Of a DNA stretch of 64,000 bases, positions 52,318 through 61,112 are shown one piece after another (the first letter of the stretch is position 1; each line of letters opens with the position of its first letter). The notes under the pieces are model-generated. The model had not been told where the DNA came from. It did not search any database and saw only the letters and a list, made by a program, of their open reading frames with translations. A program made the translations under genes and the position numbers. This stretch comes from Candidatus Freyarchaeum deiterrae (GTDB lineage Archaea > Asgardarchaeota > Jordiarchaeia > Jordiarchaeales > Jordiarchaeaceae), in the NCBI GenBank assembly GCA_037305845.1, contig CP147778.1, positions 224,001-288,000 of the forward strand, in the 5' to 3' direction.

Positions 52318-52521
52318 GTAATTAAAAATTCGGGGTGCCTCTTACCTATTTCTTGAACGAAGGAAATTCATAAAGTATGATCTCATTTGTGGAGGGGGGC
52401 TTTTGATCTTGAGAGAAGGTATGCTTGGTTCATAATTTACCAGTAATATATATGGTTAAAATCTAGTTTGTGTGAGAAGAATTGGGTTGCTGTTGGGGAT
52501 TTTGTTTAGGGCTGGGTGCTG

Positions 52522-52962
52522 TTAGTATGGTATGGCTTTTGGGTTGAAGTACCATTTTTTTCCATCCTTTTTTAGGCTGTATTTTCCTTTGATTTCTTGG
52601 TAGATTTGTTTGGCTTTTTCCCATGTTCCGTCGTCTCTTAGTGGGATTCCTTCTAGGATGGCGTCTAGGATTACGAAGCTTGGTCTTCTTACTGTTTCTT
52701 CGAGTTCTTTTCGGGTGTAGATGAGTGCTTGGAGGGGGAACTGTGCGTGTTTGCTTATTGCTTTTTGGCGGTTGAGCCAGTTTCGGGGGAGGTTTCTGCA
52801 AACGATTATCATGTCCACGTCGCTGTGCTGGGTTGCGAGGTTTTTCGCGTGGCTTCCGAAGACGACAGCGGTTCTCAGACCGTGAGCCTGGTCAACTTCT
52901 TCTAGGAATTTCTCTATTTTTTCAGCGTATTTCTCCAGTGATGCGAGACCTGCAGTACTCAA
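52522..52962 (-). CDS. Minimal nucleotidyltransferase (MNT) antitoxin
   Basis: VVFGSHAK...HSDVDMIIV (GS...DxD); start approximate and overlapping the HEPN gene. Confidence 0.85.
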   Translation of the reverse strand: MSTAGLASLEKYAEKIEKFLEEVDQAHGLRTAVVFGSHAKNLATQHSDVDMIIVCRNLPRNWLNRQKAISKHAQFPLQALIYTRKELEETVRRPSFVILDAILEGIPLRDDGTWEKAKQIYQEIKGKYSLKKDGKKWYFNPKAIPY

Positions 52963-53311
52963 CAATTCTTTCAGCACTCTTAACCGCCTCCTCAGCCATT
53001 TTCTTAGTGTAATGGTCGGATGGTGTACCCGAAGCAAAAGCGTCGGGATATCTTGAGGGAATATAGTGATGGTCAAGCTCTTTTGCGAGGTCAACTAGCT
53101 CCTCTGGAGCGTTTGTTTCTTCAACCATTTCGCCTACCGTGTGTCCCCTTACTTCCACTCCTCGGAACTGGAGAAGAGCCTTTACAGCCTTCTCGGCGGC
53201 GGCCTGCTGCGATGTAAAACACGCCCACTCGTAGTCTCCTTCGGAGAGGTCTCTTTTCGCCTTCGCCAAATCCCTCTCTGCTTGACGCAACCAGTCTAGG
53301 TGCCGCTTCAC
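52922..53311 (-). CDS. HEPN-domain protein
   Basis: Motifs WLRQAERDL, YEWACF.SQQAAAEKAVKA, GHTV, YIPSRYPD. Confidence 0.93.
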   Translation of the reverse strand: MKRHLDWLRQAERDLAKAKRDLSEGDYEWACFTSQQAAAEKAVKALLQFRGVEVRGHTVGEMVEETNAPEELVDLAKELDHHYIPSRYPDAFASGTPSDHYTKKMAEEAVKSAERIVEYCRSRITGEIR

Positions 53312-53470
53312 GATTATCCCTCAAAACAGTTTCCTTATGCATTTTCACTGATGCTTTTAGAAGCCGAGTGTTATAAGCTTTCGTGTTCTATTCAGTAGTC
53401 TTCTTTTTTTAATCGTTTTTCTTCGTGCTCTTGCAGTTTGGTTTCCAATATGAGCGTATCTTTCTCGTCT

Positions 53471-53680
53471 CTGACATACGCCCCACCTTGAAAGGTTGAG
53501 GGTTCTACACTTCTGTTGTTAAAAGTGTGGGGCGTGTCACCGCCCGGTTAATGGCTTCCGCACCTTCTTCTTCGGGTGAGCAAGCCTTATTATTTTTTTT
53601 CCTCTTTTTTCGGTATTTAAACTCCATGCAATTCATTCCGGCCTTAAAGGGACCGGGGCTTTCTTGCTAATCATCTTTAT
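53471..53680 (-). mobile_element. IS200/IS605-family mini-element, copy 3
   Basis: Near-identical to copies 1 and 2; homology ends exactly at TTAC (plus-strand GTAA 53681-53684) and TCAG (plus-strand CTGA 53471). Confidence 0.85.
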
Positions 53681-53758
53681 GTAAGAATCGTTCCAGAAAT
53701 TCGTCAGTGAGGACTATCCTGTAGGATTCTCCGAATGGACCCGTTTTTTATCCTTTTT

Positions 53759-54091
53759 TCACTTTTGTGGGAACCAGCCTTCTTTTTGCATTACTTCCAT
53801 TGCAATCTGGTTGCTTGGGCTGTCTCCTCCGGCTACGTTGACTCCGACTTTTTCTCCTACTGTTTCTTGAATCTCTGCGATGTTTTTGTTTGTGAATCCG
53901 GGGCAGAGGATAATTGCGTGTATGCCCTCTTTTTTGACGTGGTTTTTGCACTCCTCCAGTGCTTGTTCTTGGCTTCTGACCACTACTACGAAGAGTTTGT
54001 ACTTGCCTGTTTCAATCACGCACCTGTTCTTCTTCGGCTCCGCGTCTGGGGCGTGGGCGAGGAAGAGCGCTTTAAACGCCATACCTACCAT
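53759..54091 (-). CDS. DUF6506-like protein
   Basis: FKALFLAHAPDA.P...EGIHAIILCPGF pattern; start 54082 or 54091. Confidence 0.75.
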   Translation of the reverse strand: MVGMAFKALFLAHAPDAEPKKNRCVIETGKYKLFVVVVRSQEQALEECKNHVKKEGIHAIILCPGFTNKNIAEIQETVGEKVGVNVAGGDSPSNQIAMEVMQKEGWFPQK

Positions 54092-54217
54092 CTCCTATTT
54101 GGTGTGTAATACAGTACGAATAATTACCTAATTTATCCGTGCACATATATGTTTTGGGTTTCTCTTTTTTGTGATATGGAAAAAGTATTAATATTTGGGA
54201 ATGCTTTTGTTGATTTT

Positions 54218-55027
54218 ATGAGAATGGTGAAGTTGGGTAAGACCGGGGAGAAGATTAGTATCCTCGGGCAGGGTACTTGGGGTCTTAATCGTGGGAACTA
54301 TGAGCTGTTTAAGGATTCTTTGAGGAAGGGTATTGAGTTGGGTATGACTCATATTGATACGGCTGAGGTTTATGCTTGGGGTGTTGCGGAGCGGGCTGTG
54401 GGTGAGGTTGTTTCTGAGTATAATAGGGATGATCTTTTTATTACTAGTAAATTGTTTCCGATGCATGTTACTGATGGGCGTTCTAAGAAAGCCTGTTACA
54501 GTAGTTTGAAACGGTTAGGGTTGAAGAACGTGGATTTGTATTTGGTTCACTGGCCTATTCCTTCTACCATGAAGAGGATGATGAGGGTGATGGAGGCGCT
54601 GGTGAAGGAGGGGAAGACCCGGTATATTGGGGTTAGTAATTACTCGGTTGCACAATTCAAGAAGGCTCAGAGCTATCTCAAGAAGTATGAGCTTGTGGAT
54701 AATCAGTTGAAGGCTCATTTGGAGCATCAGGTTCACATTAATGAGTCTTTGCCCTTCTACCAGAAGGAAGGAGTGACGATGACCGCTTATAGTCCTTTAG
54801 CGCATTCCGGTTTCACAAAACTGGGGGGGAAGCTTGGAGAGAACTTGGAGAAGGTTGCGAAGAGTCATAAGGCTACGATTCAGCAGATTGCGATTGCTTG
54901 GCTTATTAATCATGATAACGTGATTGCTATTCCTAAGGCGTTTAAGGTGAAGCATGTGGAGTCAAATGCGGAAGCGGCTGATATTAAATTGAAAAAGGAA
55001 GACATTGAGTTACTTTCTACAAAATGA
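54218..55027 (+). CDS. Aldo/keto reductase
   Basis: Motifs LGQGTW, HIDTAEVY, FITSK, DLYLVHWP, IGVSNY, AYSPLA, AIPKA. Confidence 0.95.
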   Translation: MRMVKLGKTGEKISILGQGTWGLNRGNYELFKDSLRKGIELGMTHIDTAEVYAWGVAERAVGEVVSEYNRDDLFITSKLFPMHVTDGRSKKACYSSLKRLGLKNVDLYLVHWPIPSTMKRMMRVMEALVKEGKTRYIGVSNYSVAQFKKAQSYLKKYELVDNQLKAHLEHQVHINESLPFYQKEGVTMTAYSPLAHSGFTKLGGKLGENLEKVAKSHKATIQQIAIAWLINHDNVIAIPKAFKVKHVESNAEAADIKLKKEDIELLSTK

Positions 55028-55198
55028 AAATTATTTTTCAGTGTTGGGGTGAAGTTGGTCTGATTTTCAACTATTCCAACCATTGAGTTGATTGTTCCGT
55101 TTAATAGTGGGATGCCTGGGCTAATTTCGCCTTTTTGATTTTGATTTTCTATTATTCTATTTTAGATTACTCTTCTCTTTACTTTTCAATGTCAGTTT

Positions 55199-55624
55199 CT
55201 AGTGTATTTCTTGTCCGCACAATCCACAGTAACTGGCTCCTTCAATTATTTCAGCTCCGCAATGGGGGCATTTTGTAGATGTCGATTGTATAGTCGGGGC
55301 CTTACCGTCTCTGAGCATGTTGGATAATCCCAGGGCGACCAACATAGCTTTTTTTCCTTCGTAAGTGATTGTGAATTTTCCTTTCTTAGAAACGTCTATT
55401 AGGATTTTGTATCGCTCCTGACCAAACCAATAAACTGCCGCCAACGCCGGGGACAATGGAACCAATCCAGCGGCAACTGCTTTGCTACCAGGCCGGCCAT
55501 CCATTGCTTCCAGTGTGTTGTCCATTTGATTAAGACGGTATCCCAATTGTGTTAAGCGACTGCAGCATAATGTCATTATTTCGTCTGGCGAATAATTCGT
55601 TTCATAACTAAAACTTTTTGAAAT
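55199..55624 (-). CDS. Zinc-ribbon membrane protein family, paralog A (start uncertain)
   Basis: KGKFTITYEGKKA...KCPHCG...YCGLCG; homology to the paralogs extends upstream of ATG 55576 to about 55624. Confidence 0.7.
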   Translation of the reverse strand: MSKSFSYETNYSPDEIMTLCCSRLTQLGYRLNQMDNTLEAMDGRPGSKAVAAGLVPLSPALAAVYWFGQERYKILIDVSKKGKFTITYEGKKAMLVALGLSNMLRDGKAPTIQSTSTKCPHCGAEIIEGASYCGLCGQEIH

Positions 55625-55947
55625 TGCAAACCTCTCCTTTCATTCATTAATCCTCAATTTAATCCGCTTATTATTTTTAAAATATTTAAATTTTTAGGTA
55701 TCGGCATTGGTGCGGATTGAGAAGAAAAATGGGAAAAGGCGTTGAGTTTAATCTTCCTTTTTTTATGCGGTTTTTTGGACAGTGTGATTAATTGGTTCTT
55801 TATATCAAAATCATGATTGGTGGTGTGTTGTGGAGCTTTTTTATTTGCTGTATTGGGGTGTCTTGATTTGGCTGATTTTTATTCTTTTTGATTTGGTTTT
55901 TCTGTTTTAGATTACTTTTTACTTTTCAATATTTGCCTTTTCTAGTT

Positions 55948-56403
55948 CTAGTGTATCTCTTGTCCGCATTCTGCGCAGTAACTGGCTCCTTCTATTATAT
56001 GGAATCCGCAATTAGGACATTTTGTAGATGATGATTGTACTGTCTGGGCTTCGCTACTTCTGAGCATATTGGATAATCCTAGGGCGTCCTCAGTGGCTTT
56101 TTTGCCTTCATACATGATTGTGAATTTTCCTTTATTAGTGATGTCTATTATGATTTTGTTTTGCGTTCGAGTGAACCAATAGACGAGAATAGCTATCACG
56201 CCTATCAAGGTAATTGTTAAGATACCTATGACACATAAAATGATAGCCCCTGTACTGTAATCCCGGCCGTCAGTTGCTTTTAGTAAGTTTCCCTCTTGCT
56301 TAACATAGTATCTCCCTCTTAAGCGACTGCTGCATTCTGCTATTATTTCATCTCGCGAATAATCGGTTTCATAGCTTAAACTCATTAGGATCACAACCTC
56401 CAT
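55948..56403 (-). CDS. Zinc-ribbon membrane protein family, paralog B
   Basis: TM hairpin, KGKFTIMYEGKKA, KCPNCG...YCAECG. Confidence 0.8.
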   Translation of the reverse strand: MEVVILMSLSYETDYSRDEIIAECSSRLRGRYYVKQEGNLLKATDGRDYSTGAIILCVIGILTITLIGVIAILVYWFTRTQNKIIIDITNKGKFTIMYEGKKATEDALGLSNMLRSSEAQTVQSSSTKCPNCGFHIIEGASYCAECGQEIH

Positions 56404-56839
56404 ATTCGTTAACTGGTCCTGCATCTATGGTTAGGGGATGCCTGTTGAGAAAAGTCACGGAAAGAGTTGAAATTATTCTTCTCAGGAAACCATTTATCTT
56501 TCCTTTTTACCTTGATCCTTTCATCTCCGCCTTGATTTTTCGAATCCCCATTAAATGTTAGTCTCCGAAAAAATTGTTATTGAACTCTGGCTATTATTAA
56601 TCCGTTCGTATTATCTTTAAAGCTATATAAATTTTTAGCTAGCGGCTGATATTAAATTGAAAAAAAAGGAAATTGAGTTATTTTCTACTGCCAAGAAGTG
56701 AAATTGTCTTTCGATGTGGAGGTAAAGGCTCTTATCTTGTTTTTAACTATTCCAACCGAGATTTTATTGTTTTGTTTAATTTTTGGATTTTTTGGCGTGG
56801 CTTATTTTTTCTTTTTGATTTTTTTCTGTTTTGGATAGG

Positions 56840-57328
56840 TTACTTTTTAGTTTTCGATTTCCGCGTCGAGCGTGATATGTCTTGTCCGCATTCTGCACAG
56901 TAACCGGCTCCTTCTAATATCTCGGCTCCGCAATTTGGGCAGTTTATAGATCATGATTTTGTTTCTGTCTCATCAAATTCGCCACTTCTGAGCACATTTG
57001 ATAATCCTAGGGCTAAATCGGTGGCTTTTTTGCCTTCATATGTGATTGTGAATTTTCCTTTTGTAGACATGTCTATTATGATTTTGTTTTGCGTTCGAGT
57101 GAAATAATAGGCTAGTAAGACTATCAAACCTATTATCAAGGTAAAAAGGCAGAGTATGACACATGCAACGATGATTCCTGTGCTGTAGTCTCGGCCATCC
57201 GTTGATCTTACTAAGTTTCCTTCCTGCCTCGTGTGGAATCCTGATTTTGGTAAGCGGCTATTGCATTCTGCTACTATTTGGTCTCGTGTATAATCTGTTT
57301 TATAAGTAAGACTCGTTAGAATCACCAA
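56840..57328 (-). pseudogene. Zinc-ribbon membrane protein family, paralog C, with in-frame TGA before the zinc ribbon
   Basis: After TGA at 56953-56951 the same frame continues SINCPNCGAEILEGAGYCAECGQDISRSTRKSKTKK* to 56840. Confidence 0.8.
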
Positions 57329-57574
57329 CCTCTCTACTCATTAACTAATTCTCAATTTAATCCAGTTTATTATTTTTTAGACTATATAAATATTTAGCTG
57401 AGGGCAATGATGCCTATTGAGAAGAAAAACGGGAAAATTCAAAGCACAATTTAAGCCTTTTTTCTGCGGTTGTTTGGATAGTATGATTAATTGCCTCGTC
57501 TATCTCAAAATATTCATTGGGACGTAGAGTTGGAGGTGGTGTTTTTACTTGCTGTATTCGGGTTTTGACTCTAG

Positions 57575-57919
57575 TTAGTTTAATTTTTCTCCGCAGCTTG
57601 GGCAGTAATTTACTGTCTCGTGTAGCCCGTAGCCGCAGTATGTGCAGACTTCTTCTTTTGCTTTCGGAGAGGTTAGCGTCTTGAATAGATTCACTGCGTC
57701 TTCTAAGGCCTTTTTTCCTTCGAAGGTTATGGTGAATTTTCCTTTTGTTGTAGCATCCACCTTAATCTTGTTATCTTTTTCATCGGGCATGTTTGCTTCT
57801 ATTACGTTACCCTTTGTGTCGGTTTCGTATCCCTTCTCTTTTAGGTAATCCCCGGATACTGTTATTACTTCATTCTGTTTGTATCCTGTTTTATAATTTA
57901 GACTCATTGGGATTTTCAC
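57575..57919 (-). CDS. Zinc-ribbon family, paralog D (lacks the TM segment)
   Basis: KGKFTITFEGKKA...CTYCG...YCPSCG; hydrophobic hairpin missing. Confidence 0.8.
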   Translation of the reverse strand: MKIPMSLNYKTGYKQNEVITVSGDYLKEKGYETDTKGNVIEANMPDEKDNKIKVDATTKGKFTITFEGKKALEDAVNLFKTLTSPKAKEEVCTYCGYGLHETVNYCPSCGEKLN

Positions 57920-57988
57920 TCCCCTTATTCATTTATAGCATATTGTAAGGGTCGAGAATATTTGTTTTTCGTTTTTGTCAAGTGAACG

Positions 57989-58543
57989 CTAATTCTTTGG
58001 GGCTAATCGTTCTTGGTGGTTTGGATTTGGGTAGGTTAGTTTTCCGTTTTCTATTTTGGCGAAACTTGGGAGTTCATGTGCTATTACCTTTCCTTTGTCG
58101 ACTATGTGGGTGACTTGGTGTCTTTTGACTGTTAGATAGTCCGAGATTATTCTGCGGTGACATTGCCAGTAGAGTTTTTCTGCGCACATGATGGCGACTC
58201 TCTGTTTTTCTGCGAGGCTGAGTAGTTTTTCAGTTCCTCTTTCGAATTCTTGGGTTTGGGTGTGGTCGGCGTAGTTTCTGAAGCTTTCATCAGTCCAAGC
58301 TTTGTTGGGTGATTCCTCGCCCAGTCCCTTTTTTCGGTAGCCTCCCAGCTCTTCTCCTAGCCACAGGTATTTGATTCCCTTCTCCTCCAAGCTTTTTTGC
58401 AGGTTTTCCCGGTTGAATTGTGGGTTGCGTTTGGAGCCGGGTAGGCTTCGTACATCAACTAGGACTTGTATGTCGTGTTCCTTTAGGAGGTCGTAGAACT
58501 CTTCGAAAGTTCTGGTGGAGTGTCCTATGGTGAATATTTGCAT
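57989..58543 (-). CDS. DUF488-family protein
   Basis: Motifs IFTIGHSTR, LVDVRSLPGS, ELGGYR, IMCAE...CHRRII. Confidence 0.92.
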   Translation of the reverse strand: MQIFTIGHSTRTFEEFYDLLKEHDIQVLVDVRSLPGSKRNPQFNRENLQKSLEEKGIKYLWLGEELGGYRKKGLGEESPNKAWTDESFRNYADHTQTQEFERGTEKLLSLAEKQRVAIMCAEKLYWQCHRRIISDYLTVKRHQVTHIVDKGKVIAHELPSFAKIENGKLTYPNPNHQERLAPKN

Positions 58544-58766
58544 TGGTATTCTATCCTTTAGAGGATTTTTGGGGGATTCATTATGTTATAATTTTAATTC
58601 ATTGTAACTTTACTCAGAATGGCTATCACTTACTTATTTAAAATTGTCTTTATCTGGATTTGAACGCAGATTTATTTTTGCCTTATGGGTTCTAGGTGGA
58701 GTGGTGCAAACGTAAGGTAGAAAAGCCAGCTCAGGCATGGAACAAAATATAGGAGTGATATTTCTT

Positions 58767-59099
58767 ATGTCAGAAGTAGCAAAGAATGGTGACACAGTCC
58801 GTGTGCACTACGTGGGGAAATTCCCCGGTGGAAAAGTATTTGATACATCCATGGAGAAAGAAGCGATCCGCGCCGGCATAGCCCAAAAAGGGCGGGATTA
58901 CAAGCCTCTTACAGTCAAGTTAGGCTCTGGGCAGGTCATAAAGGGGTTTAACGACGCGATTATCGGAATGAAGAAAGGGGAGGAGAAGACGGTTACCCTT
59001 CCTCCTGAACAAGCGTACGGGAAAACAGGCAAACATCCCATGGCCGGCAAGACTCTGCAATTCAAACTCGTCTTAGTTGACATCGTTCCTGGAAAATAG
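58767..59099 (+). CDS. FKBP-type peptidyl-prolyl isomerase (short)
   Basis: Motifs GDTVRVHYVG, VFDTS, GQVIKGF, PPEQAYG, HPMAGKTLQF. Confidence 0.93.
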   Translation: MSEVAKNGDTVRVHYVGKFPGGKVFDTSMEKEAIRAGIAQKGRDYKPLTVKLGSGQVIKGFNDAIIGMKKGEEKTVTLPPEQAYGKTGKHPMAGKTLQFKLVLVDIVPGK

Positions 59100-59225
59100 T
59101 TGAGACACGGGTATAAGAGACCGTGTGCGAAGACCCGCGTGGTAAGAATCAAGCAACCCTACGAGAGTAGAGCGTGTCACCGCTCCGTTTCTGGCTTCCG
59201 CACCATCAGTGTGAGCCAGCCTTAT
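59100..59225 (-). ncRNA. Diverged homolog of the mini-element RNA scaffold
   Basis: Shares GGCT.GCTCAC...GGTGCGGAAGCC and the GAGCG-GTGACA-CGCTC hairpin with copies 1-3; the 3' half is different. Confidence 0.55.
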
Positions 59226-59255
59226 TACTCTTTTTTTTATACTTTTGGGGTATTA

Positions 59256-59459
59256 TTACCATTCGCAGTTCTTGCCTTTGCAGTATCCGTATTCTACCCA
59301 GGCTTTGGCGTCGACTGCTTTTGACCTTTGCCCTCCGTGTCTTGATGTTCTGTCACTGTATGGTGTTGGCTTGGTGATTTTTCGGGCCTGGATTACTATT
59401 CTTTTTCCTATTATTGCATCATTTTCGTCATCGTGATAGTTTATGCAGGAATCCTCCAT
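59256..59459 (-). CDS. Small hypothetical protein, possibly truncated
   Basis: Abuts the stop of 59460-59837 with a GGAGGAG RBS; ends next to the RNA-like element. Confidence 0.4.
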   Translation of the reverse strand: MEDSCINYHDDENDAIIGKRIVIQARKITKPTPYSDRTSRHGGQRSKAVDAKAWVEYGYCKGKNCEW

Positions 59460-59837
59460 TTAATCTCCTCCTTCTTCTTTTTCCAGTTTATCTTCCTTAA
59501 TGAGCGTGTCAATCACGTTTCGGACCAGCTCATAGTCCAGTCCTAGGGACTCAGCCACATCGCTGGGGTATACGGTTTCGTGTTCCTTGAGGTATTCTTT
59601 CAAAAAGTTTTCAACCATTGGTTTGGCTTCCTCAAAAGACACGTCCTTTACCTCCTCGACTTGTAGTATGACTGGTGATTCTTCAATAAACCGGACGAGC
59701 ATGGTTTTGATTTCTGCTAGGTCTGTTTTCAATTTGGAGATATCGTTTCTTAGCTCGTCTAATATTATTTTATTGTTCTTTTCGTCTGTCTCATTTTCCA
59801 GCTTTTTTCCTTTTTGAGAAATTTTTCCTGAAGCCAT
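59460..59837 (-). CDS. Coiled-coil plus winged-helix protein
   Basis: Heptads LRNDISKLKTDLAEIK; VYPSDVAESLGLDYELVRNVIDTLIKE helix-turn-helix. Confidence 0.75.
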   Translation of the reverse strand: MASGKISQKGKKLENETDEKNNKIILDELRNDISKLKTDLAEIKTMLVRFIEESPVILQVEEVKDVSFEEAKPMVENFLKEYLKEHETVYPSDVAESLGLDYELVRNVIDTLIKEDKLEKEEGGD

Positions 59838-60045
59838 TTATAGCAACCTCATTTCTCCCTAGTGGGGCTTCATTAATTTGTTGCAAATCATAAAAATGGT
59901 GGCGCGGCTGAGTCAACCATTTATTATTGGAATTGAATCGATTGATTTTATTAAAGCTTTTTATTCAAGATTTCTGATACTAAGTTTGAGAGTGATTCCG
60001 AATACTTTGAAACGAGTAATCAAGTGATTTTAGGGAGAATATAGT

Positions 60046-60804
60046 CTAACTGTTATCTTTAAGGAGATACTCTTTAACCGTCCAACAATGCTCTTCATCT
60101 ATCCAGAACCCCCTAGAACGTAATATGTATTCGTTCCACCCCAGAATGGATATTATATCTTTTAAAACCCAGCCCTTATCATCCCCTAGAGGAAGAGCCT
60201 TTGATAAAAGTTTGCTCTCCTTCGTATTCTCCTTCCCTTTCACGATAACGAGGCTATTATGCTCGTCGCACCCTCTATCTAGTTTTGAGTGAGCATTGTT
60301 GGGTACATCGCTGAAATATGATTCTTTAACCGTCTTCGTTTTTCCTCTGAAGTCGTATACCTTTTCCACGGTGAAATAGGCTATGAAGTACGTTCTAATT
60401 TTACCCTTCTCTGTTTCTGCCATCTTTCTTAGTCCGGCGTAGAATATTAGTAGGTCACCTTTTTCTAGTTGGGACATCTTTTGCGCTTTCTCCTTGGCGG
60501 GGTCTCCGTAGGTGAATGTCGTGAATTCGGGATCGTTGTGTGGATGATGGTTCCTATATTTGGGGGGCGTAAACTCGGCTAGATATCTGCTGCTTCTTCC
60601 CATGATATCCGTGTATGTTTGCTTCTCGGATGTTGGGCAGTGTTCTGGACTGTGGGGTATTGGAATGTACTCAAACGTTCCGTCTGAGAATAGGGGTGCT
60701 ACGCATCCGCCTGTTTGGGTATCGATTCCTACTCTTATCAGTAGACCTACTTGCGCTTCCCCTTTCGGTCTACCCCACTTTGCGGGTTTCCATTTTTTCA
60801 GCAT
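60046..60804 (-). CDS. Nmad3-like (nucleotide-modification-associated domain) protein
   Basis: Motifs RVGID...P..DGTFEYIPIP, HNDPEF..FTYGD, LEKGDLLIFYAGL, NAH. Confidence 0.75.
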   Translation of the reverse strand: MLKKWKPAKWGRPKGEAQVGLLIRVGIDTQTGGCVAPLFSDGTFEYIPIPHSPEHCPTSEKQTYTDIMGRSSRYLAEFTPPKYRNHHPHNDPEFTTFTYGDPAKEKAQKMSQLEKGDLLIFYAGLRKMAETEKGKIRTYFIAYFTVEKVYDFRGKTKTVKESYFSDVPNNAHSKLDRGCDEHNSLVIVKGKENTKESKLLSKALPLGDDKGWVLKDIISILGWNEYILRSRGFWIDEEHCWTVKEYLLKDNS

Positions 60805-61112
60805 AATCTATATCAAAAGTAGGGGAGTGTTATAATCATAGCGCAATTACTCATCTTGTTGCTACTATTTGTCGATAGGATAGTGTTGGAGCTGTTAATT
60901 GGTTCTACACGTGTGTGTGAGCACTCAGCTTAGCTTAGTACTTCTTTGAATTCTTTTTCTGCCGCTTTAAGTGATATATAAAAAAGGCGCCTTCCTAAAC
61001 GATTTTATTTATCTTATTTGCATTTTTGCATAATAGATAAATATTCAAATTCTATTATTTTGAACCATAGTAATAATTTCCAAATATAAGATATTTTATA
61101 ACACAGTGATTT

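Larger units (their letters stand above)
54973..57919. repeat. Diverged tandem duplication, units starting near 54973 and 56641
   Basis: AKR 3' tail GCGGCTGATATTAAATTGAAAAA at 54974 and 56642; intergenic 55700-55860 resembles 57400-57560; each unit carries two zinc-ribbon paralogs. Confidence 0.75.

Noticed and set aside
50872-53680. Repeats as a CRISPR array
   Set aside because: Units are ~210 bp and separated by >1 kb of genes; no cas genes; IS605-type ends explain them.
56951-56953. Selenocysteine at the in-frame TGA
   Set aside because: The aligned residue in paralogs is Ser in a linker, not Cys; no SECIS identified.
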